A stretch of 13,639 nucleotides of DNA, from contig JBMFRC010000036.1 of the NCBI GenBank assembly GCA_049968235.1, positions 1 through 13,639 of the forward strand, in the 5' to 3' direction. This document shows positions 9,209 through 13,639 of the stretch, one piece after another (the first letter of the stretch is position 1; each line of letters begins with the position of its first letter). Source of the stretch: Candidatus Hydrogenedens sp. Lineage in GTDB: Bacteria; Hydrogenedentota; Hydrogenedentia; Hydrogenedentales; Hydrogenedentaceae. The translations under genes were made by a program, and so were the position numbers. Under the pieces are notes generated by a model. It was not told the origin of the DNA and made no database searches. It saw nothing but the letters and a program-made list of their open reading frames with translations.

Positions 9209-9401
9209 ATGCGCACGGGCATTACTATCGGAACAGGCATAGGAGGGGGGGATAGGAGCCCGTGCGCTGGGGAGGGTACTGTGCAGGGTAGTGAGGGCTG
9301 TGTGTGTGGTAATAAGTTAATTGTACCTGTGGTCTGGGTTGGGAGGAAGGCCAGATTTAGCAGGGCAACGTTTGTTAAACTTACCTCACTTTCTTCACAG
9401 G
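9209..9401 (+). ncRNA. Candidate structured RNA or regulatory element: a G-rich island inside a ~1-kb AT-rich intergenic region. Class unknown and strand uncertain.
   Basis: There is an abrupt composition shift to G-rich sequence. A 10-bp perfect inverted repeat GCGCACGGGC (9211-9220) / GCCCGTGCGC (9258-9267) encloses a 37-nt loop. G-tracts lie at 9269-9297, a G7 run at 9245-9251 and (TG)5 at 9299-9308. Secondary pairings are CCTGTG 9326-9331 with CACAGG 9396-9401 and TCTGG 9333-9337 with CCAGA 9351-9355. The overlapping 69-codon ORF has no RBS and a codon usage unlike the rest of the window. Confidence 0.3.
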
Positions 9402-9456
9402 AAAATATTCAAATTTAATAGAGCAATTATCTATTTTATTTATACTATAAACGCCC

Positions 9457-9470
9457 AAAAAGTTTCAAAA
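9457..9470. repeat. Exact 14-nt direct repeat AAAAAGTTTCAAAA, copy 2. It is embedded in a tandem CAAAA(A)GTTT x2.
   Basis: Read directly from the sequence. See the copy at 9070-9083. Confidence 0.5.
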
Positions 9471-9982
9471 GTTTACAATTCTTTTGTGTAAAAATCTATA
9501 AAAATTAAATATCATTAAATTTTATATAACTTTCACTCAATATTATAGCACAAAAAATTCATAAAATCAAATTTTTTAACAAAAATTTACATATCAATTA
9601 TAATAAAATAATTTGGTCTTTTATTCCTCAAAAAGTTTATATTTATTTAAAAATTATTGGAAATAGATTCACAAAATTTGTTTTTGACTATCCACTCGTT
9701 GAATAAAATCCAAAAGATTTTTTAGTTGTTTTGAAAGGATTTAAGAATAAATTATACAACAAAAAATAATGATAATTTACGATGAATGTTCGAAAGACTA
9801 TTTCAAAGATAGGAATTTAAATAATTTATTTTAATTTTGTAGGTGATATGCTATTACTACCCTTTAATATTAAAGTATAAGGGATAATGGATATAATAAA
9901 AATAATCGACATTATAGTGGCTATATTTTTTATAATCAATTTTATCTCAGTGATTTATTTCAAAAACAGGTAAGTTTTTAGT

Positions 9983-9988
9983 TATAAT
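9983..9988 (+). promoter_or_regulatory. Candidate sigma-70-type -10 hexamer TATAAT, ~20 nt upstream of the fliM start region
   Basis: Perfect TATAAT at 9983-9988. Only a weak -35 is found (TTCAAA/TCAAAA about 17-19 nt upstream). The AAAGGA RBS at 9994-9999 and the fliM ATG at 10009 would give a very short leader. This is a sequence-only call and is weak because AT-rich DNA makes chance TATAAT common. Confidence 0.2.
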
Positions 9989-10008
9989 CAAATAAAAGGA
10001 TTGTAGCG

Positions 10009-11013
10009 ATGGCAGATATTTTGAGCCAGGAAGAAATAGATTTATTATTAGGTTCTGTTACAACGGGAACTGTTGATACAGTCAAAAAAGAGGAACAAGA
10101 GGGCGAGCAAAAAGTTAGTGCTTATGATTTTCGCAGACCGGAACGTATTTCTAAAGAGCAGTTAAAGGGTTTACAAAGTATTTTTGAGTCCTTTGCCCGT
10201 GAACTTACAATAGTGCTCCCTCCATATTTTCGGACTATAGTCCGTGTTGACCTTATATCTATTGACCAATTAACTTATGATGAATTCATTCTTGCAATTT
10301 CCAGACCTACCTGTCTTGTCGTAGTTAATATGTCTCCATTAGATGGAGCGGGAATTTTAGAATTAAGTCCAACTGCTATTTTCCCAATAATTGACCGTGT
10401 ATTAGGGGGTAAAGGAAAGATATTACCTGAATTGCGAGAATTAACAGAAATAGAAGAGAGAATTATCGGGCGTATCGTAGAAATGATGTTGAGTTGTCTC
10501 AAAAGGGCATGGGAACAGGTTATCGAATTGAACTCTCGCGTTGAATCAATAGAAAGTGACCCGTTGATTGTTCAAATTGTTGCGGGTAGTGAGATGACTA
10601 TTCTCGTCAGTTATGAAATTCATGTTGGCGAAAACACAGGGACTATTAATTTTTGTATTCCTTTGATGGTAATGAATCCTCTTTTAGACCAGATATCCAA
10701 AATGGCTCATTATGCCCATCGAGTTAGTCCTGAAGAGGCAGAGTTAACACGTATTATGTTATTAAAACTTTTATTGAATGCCCCGATTAAATTGGATACA
10801 ATTTTAGGACGAGTAAATGTTGAGATGAGTGATTTAGTCGATTTGAAAGAGGGGGATGTTTTAGTGTTGAATAGAAAAATTGAAGAGCCTATTGTTGTTG
10901 AGATTGAAGGTTTACCAAAACTAAAAGGAACCATTGGTAGAAGAGGAGAAGAAATGGCATTGCGTATCTGTTCCATAATTCGGGATGAAAAAAATCCTGA
11001 AAATTATCTGTAA
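10009..11013 (+). CDS. fliM: Flagellar motor switch protein FliM
   Basis: 334 aa. The N-terminal CheY-P-binding peptide is MADILSQEEIDLLLG (LSQxEIDxLL). It is followed by YDFRRPERISKEQLKGLQSIFESFAR, which is FliM family. It has a CheC-like middle domain and a C-terminal FliN-like region. AAAGGA RBS 9 nt upstream. Confidence 0.93.
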   Translation: MADILSQEEIDLLLGSVTTGTVDTVKKEEQEGEQKVSAYDFRRPERISKEQLKGLQSIFESFARELTIVLPPYFRTIVRVDLISIDQLTYDEFILAISRPTCLVVVNMSPLDGAGILELSPTAIFPIIDRVLGGKGKILPELRELTEIEERIIGRIVEMMLSCLKRAWEQVIELNSRVESIESDPLIVQIVAGSEMTILVSYEIHVGENTGTINFCIPLMVMNPLLDQISKMAHYAHRVSPEEAELTRIMLLKLLLNAPIKLDTILGRVNVEMSDLVDLKEGDVLVLNRKIEEPIVVEIEGLPKLKGTIGRRGEEMALRICSIIRDEKNPENYL

Positions 11014-11026
11014 AGGAAGATGTTCG

Positions 11027-11965
11027 ATGAGATTAAACGAAATAATTGATTTGTTTTTCAAAGGTCTGGATGATGTTTTGTTATCTTTAGGAATAGGGGG
11101 AAATAAATATAAGATTCATGCAACAAAAATTATTGGGATAGAGGATATTCAATCTACCTTAAATGAGCAAAGTATTGTATTATGGGGAAAAGTTGAAAAA
11201 AATCAGGGTATATTGTTGTTATGTATGAACAGTGATGATGTCCGTGCATTAGTAGGGGCTGTTGAAGGAACAGTTCCTGAAGAAATAAATGAGACTGTTA
11301 TAAGCACATTGAAGGATTTGGGAGATGCATTTTTAGGGGGTGCCTTGAGTTCTCTTGCACAGTCTGCTAAAAAAGGTGTAGTACAGTTTGAACTTACAGG
11401 AATCCGGAAAGGGGAAGAAATATTTGACGCATCGTTTTATTCCCAAATTCAAGAGCCGGTCATATGTGGCTCCGTTGCGGTAGAAGGTAATATAAACTTT
11501 TCGTTCCCATGGATAGTAGTATTAGATAATCTTCTGAAAACATGGTTTCCCATAGATGAGGAAAAAGCAGGTGTAGAAGAGACTATGTTGACACAGGAAG
11601 AAATAGAATCGTTTATTAACAATGAAGTAATAAAACCAGAAACAAAGAAAGAAGAACAAACTACAGGAGCAAAACCCGTGAGTAAAAAATCAATAGATTC
11701 GGGTTACCGTAATTTGGATGTTATCTTGGATATTCAGGTGGAAGCCACAGCCCGATTGGGGAGTGTGCAAATGCCTCTAGCAACAGTGTTAAGTTTAGGG
11801 CCCGGTTCTGTAATCAATGTCGGACATGAGGTTGACAATCCCATTGAATTGTATGTGAATAATAAATTAATTGCCAAAGGCGATGTGGTTATCGTAGATG
11901 AAAAATTTGGTATTCGAATAACAGAAATTGTAAGTCCCCAGGAACGGATAGAGAGTTTACAGTGA
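11027..11965 (+). CDS. fliN: Flagellar motor switch protein FliN/FliY-like: an extended N-terminal domain plus a C-terminal FliN (SpoA) domain
   Basis: The C-terminal ~80 aa (LDVILDIQVEATARLGSVQMPLATVLSLGPGSVINVGHEVDNPIELYVNNKLIAKGDVVIVDEKFGIRITEIV) is the FliN/SpoA surface-presentation domain. I prefer the ATG at 11027 because AAGGAAG lies 7 nt upstream and it is just after the fliM stop. The longest ORF starts at 10985 and overlaps fliM by 29 nt, but it has no RBS. The N-terminal ~220 aa may have a degenerate CheC-like fold (EEIN is present but the full D/S-x3-E-x2-N-x22-P motif is not). Confidence 0.8.
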   Translation: MRLNEIIDLFFKGLDDVLLSLGIGGNKYKIHATKIIGIEDIQSTLNEQSIVLWGKVEKNQGILLLCMNSDDVRALVGAVEGTVPEEINETVISTLKDLGDAFLGGALSSLAQSAKKGVVQFELTGIRKGEEIFDASFYSQIQEPVICGSVAVEGNINFSFPWIVVLDNLLKTWFPIDEEKAGVEETMLTQEEIESFINNEVIKPETKKEEQTTGAKPVSKKSIDSGYRNLDVILDIQVEATARLGSVQMPLATVLSLGPGSVINVGHEVDNPIELYVNNKLIAKGDVVIVDEKFGIRITEIVSPQERIESLQ

Positions 11966-12720
11966 GTATCAGCGAAGAAAAAATATTATGGCAAAGATAT
12001 AAAGAAGAAAATGACGAATCTGCACGTGAGGAATTAATATACAAATATATGCCTATCGTTCGATTCATTGCAGGTAGAATTGCCATTCATGTTCCTCCCT
12101 CCATAGAGTTAGACGATTTGATTGGCTGGGGAATTGTAGGGTTATTGGATGCGATGGAACGGTATGATTACAAGCAGGATACACGGTTTAATACTTATGC
12201 ATCTATCCGTATACGCGGAACTATTTTAGACCAGATACGCTCTCTGGATTGGGCTCCCCGTTCTTTGAGAAGTATGGCTCGGAGAGTAGGTGCTGTTTCG
12301 GAGAAGTTGAGGCATCAGAAAGGGGGAGAACCTACAATTCATGATATTGCAGAGGCTTTAGGTGTAAGTTCGGAGCATATAGAAGAAACGGTGGCTAATT
12401 TACAAACGGTTCAGATGCTTTCTTTAGACCATTTTGCTATTTCGGAGGATGATGGCGCCGGGCGGACAAGGGAAATTAATACTGACGCATTCTATCCTTC
12501 TCCAGAAGAGGTGGCTCGTCAAAAAGAATTGCAAGAATTGCTTGTAGAAGCAATTATGAAACTGCCAGAACAACAGCAAAAAGTTCTTCATCTATACTAT
12601 TATGAAGAGTTAACATTAAAGGAAATCGGTGAAGTTCTTCAAGTTTCCGAATCACGGGTTTGTCAGATTCATGCCAGTGCTATTAAAACATTACGCGAAT
12701 TGGTAAAGTCGTGGGTATGA
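11962..12720 (+). CDS. fliA: Flagellar sigma factor sigma-28 (FliA/WhiG/SigD family)
   Basis: 252 aa. Region 2 is YMPIVRFIAGRI...ERYDYKQDTRFNTYASIRIRGTILDQIRSLDWAPRS (FliA-type LDWAPRS). The region 4 HTH is LTLKEIGEVLQVSESRVCQIHASAIKTLR. The GTG start at 11962 overlaps the fliN stop (GTGA), indicating translational coupling. Confidence 0.92.
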   Translation: MSISEEKILWQRYKEENDESAREELIYKYMPIVRFIAGRIAIHVPPSIELDDLIGWGIVGLLDAMERYDYKQDTRFNTYASIRIRGTILDQIRSLDWAPRSLRSMARRVGAVSEKLRHQKGGEPTIHDIAEALGVSSEHIEETVANLQTVQMLSLDHFAISEDDGAGRTREINTDAFYPSPEEVARQKELQELLVEAIMKLPEQQQKVLHLYYYEELTLKEIGEVLQVSESRVCQIHASAIKTLRELVKSWV

Positions 12721-12723
12721 TTT

Positions 12724-13053
12724 ATGCCGATGCCTATTGACCCAAATACTGAAATCTTGCGGGTAAATCTCGCGGAACGAATTCAACAAATTTCGGACAG
12801 GGCTTCTTTGTTAGGACAGGTTCGTCAATCTTTGAATGAGGAACAGCAACGGGTTGTTGATGAAACACAGGTAAAAGAAATGCAACAAAAGAGTGAACAG
12901 GTTGAGACCGAACTTAAAAGAAAGAATCCTTTTTTAGGGCGTAGGCGGAAGCCACAAAAGGAAGAATATAAAGAGGTATCTTCGGATGAAGAAATTAAAG
13001 GAACTTATGAAGATACAAAAGATGATGGTTCTCATCTGGATTTGCAAGCATAA
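12724..13053 (+). CDS. Hypothetical highly charged (K/E/Q-rich), probably disordered 109-aa protein, translationally coupled to fliA
   Basis: The ATG lies 3 nt after the fliA stop (TGATTTATG). The composition is low-complexity and charged (EEQQRVVDETQVKEMQQKSEQVETELKRK...) with no TM segment. I recognise no family. Its size and position are reminiscent of FlgM-type anti-sigma factors, but I see no FlgM sequence similarity. Confidence 0.5.
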   Translation: MPMPIDPNTEILRVNLAERIQQISDRASLLGQVRQSLNEEQQRVVDETQVKEMQQKSEQVETELKRKNPFLGRRRKPQKEEYKEVSSDEEIKGTYEDTKDDGSHLDLQA

Positions 13054-13083
13054 TTATAAAAAATAAAAAACGAGTTGGTTAAA

Positions 13084-13639
13084 ATGACATTACTGGTTAT
13101 AATCACATGGTTGGGTGTTCTCCTTATTGTGTTGTGCTTATTTTACTATGTATGGGATGACCGTAATAAAAGAAAACTTCATGAACATCGCCGGGTAGAA
13201 ATCAGTGAATTAGCCATGGTCTTTCAAACTTTGAGGGATGTTGTTTCAGAACAGAAAATACTGGCGAAAGAATTCAATGAACAGGTAGAAGAAAAAATAA
13301 CATTAATTCGTGGTATTGTAAATGAAGCCCAGAATAAGGTGAAGCAGATACAGCAGGAAATATATGAGCAATCTAAAAAACTAAACGAATTACAGGAACA
13401 AATGGATAGGATTATATGTCAAAAGAATGCCTTAAATGCTTCATCTACAAGTGATATTTATTCCATAGGAACAGTCTCCATTATAGAAGCAGAATCTATA
13501 TGCGAAAAATTAAATGAAAAAATGGAAGGTAATAAGAATATAATACAAGAAATGCCATTGGAAGAAATTAAAGAAATAAGTAAAACAGAAGATGAAAAAC
13601 TTTTAATAAATTTAGGAGAGGAACAGAAAAATATACGAG
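13084..13639 (+). CDS. Hypothetical membrane-anchored coiled-coil protein, 3'-truncated by the window end; not in the supplied ORF track
   Basis: The ATG at 13084 opens frame 1 with no stop to the window end (185+ codons). There is an N-terminal TM helix (MTLLVIITWLGVLLIVLCLFYYVW) followed by heptad-like coiled-coil sequence rich in Q/E/K (NEAQNKVKQIQQEIYEQSKKLNELQEQMDR...). It runs in the same orientation as the flagellar genes, 30 nt after the preceding ORF. Confidence 0.5.
   Translation, partial: MTLLVIITWLGVLLIVLCLFYYVWDDRNKRKLHEHRRVEISELAMVFQTLRDVVSEQKILAKEFNEQVEEKITLIRGIVNEAQNKVKQIQQEIYEQSKKLNELQEQMDRIICQKNALNASSTSDIYSIGTVSIIEAESICEKLNEKMEGNKNIIQEMPLEEIKEISKTEDEKLLINLGEEQKNIR

Noticed and set aside
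9211-9267. tRNA hypothesis for the GCGCACG...CGTGCGC stem (acceptor-stem-like 7 bp)
   Set aside because: The paired ends are only 57 nt apart, too short for a tRNA. There is no T-arm GTTCRANYC motif and no CCA or discriminator context.
9209-9418. 69-aa Gly-rich ORF (MRTGITIGTGIGGGDRSPCAGEG...) covering the G-rich island, considered as a protein-coding gene
   Set aside because: It has no RBS, and its codon and base composition are completely unlike all other genes in the window. It coincides exactly with a region containing a 10-bp perfect hairpin and G-tracts. An RNA or regulatory element, or chance ORF in G-rich DNA, is more plausible.
9421-10008. Sigma-54 (TGGCAC-N5-TTGC) or sigma-28 (TAAA-N15-GCCGATAA) promoter upstream of fliM
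   Set aside because: I scanned the region by eye. No GG/GC pair with the right spacing and no GCCGATAA-like -10 were found. Only a generic TATAAT was seen, so no alternative-sigma promoter is claimed.
10275-12086. Minus-strand ORFs 10275-10502, 10710-10976 and 11889-12086 within fliM/fliN/fliA
   Set aside because: They are antisense within confidently identified flagellar genes and are spurious. Separately, the longer fliN start at 10985 was down-weighted relative to 11027 because it lacks an RBS.
12724-13053. Calling the 109-aa post-fliA protein FlgM outright
   Set aside because: Only size, disorder and position fit. I could not recognise the conserved C-terminal sigma-28-binding helices of FlgM by eye, so it is left as hypothetical, with the analogy recorded as a hypothesis.
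1-13639. CRISPR arrays, transposases/IS elements, integrases, tRNA/rRNA genes
   Set aside because: There are no regularly spaced direct repeats and no transposase- or integrase-like ORFs. There are no tRNA-like GC-rich cloverleaf candidates apart from the island rejected above.

Overview
This is an AT-rich (roughly mid-30s % GC) chromosomal window from a flagellated bacterium with a Gram-negative-type envelope; the Tol system is present. It has three blocks. Block 1, + strand: a 5'-truncated TolA/TonB-C-terminal-domain gene (open from base 2), tolB, smpB, a W-rich acidic hypothetical gene, and a 240-aa protein whose C-terminal half has the hallmark motifs of a YacP/Rae1-type NYN (PIN-like) RNase. 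Block 2, - strand: a purple-acid-phosphatase-like secreted metallophosphoesterase, an AlaA-type class I/II aminotransferase, and a cytoplasmic multi-PAS hybrid histidine kinase with a C-terminal receiver. Block 3, + strand: a flagellar switch/sigma block with fliM, a fliN/fliY-like gene and fliA (sigma-28). It is followed by a translationally coupled, charged 109-aa unknown and a membrane-anchored coiled-coil ORF that runs off the window end and is absent from the ORF track. Blocks 2 and 3 are separated by an unusually long (~1 kb), extremely AT-rich divergent intergenic region. That region contains a sharp ~190-bp G-rich island with a 10-bp perfect inverted repeat, a G7 tract and a G-quadruplex-like motif. 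Its codon composition is foreign to the rest of the window, so I interpret it as a candidate structured RNA or regulatory element rather than a protein gene. The region also contains recurring CAAAAAGTTT-type motifs and a possible 28-codon hydrophobic micro-ORF. No rRNA, tRNA, CRISPR, transposase or integrase signatures were seen. The most second-look-worthy items are the smpB-adjacent NYN-RNase module, the G-rich island, and the uncharacterized genes coupled downstream of fliA.
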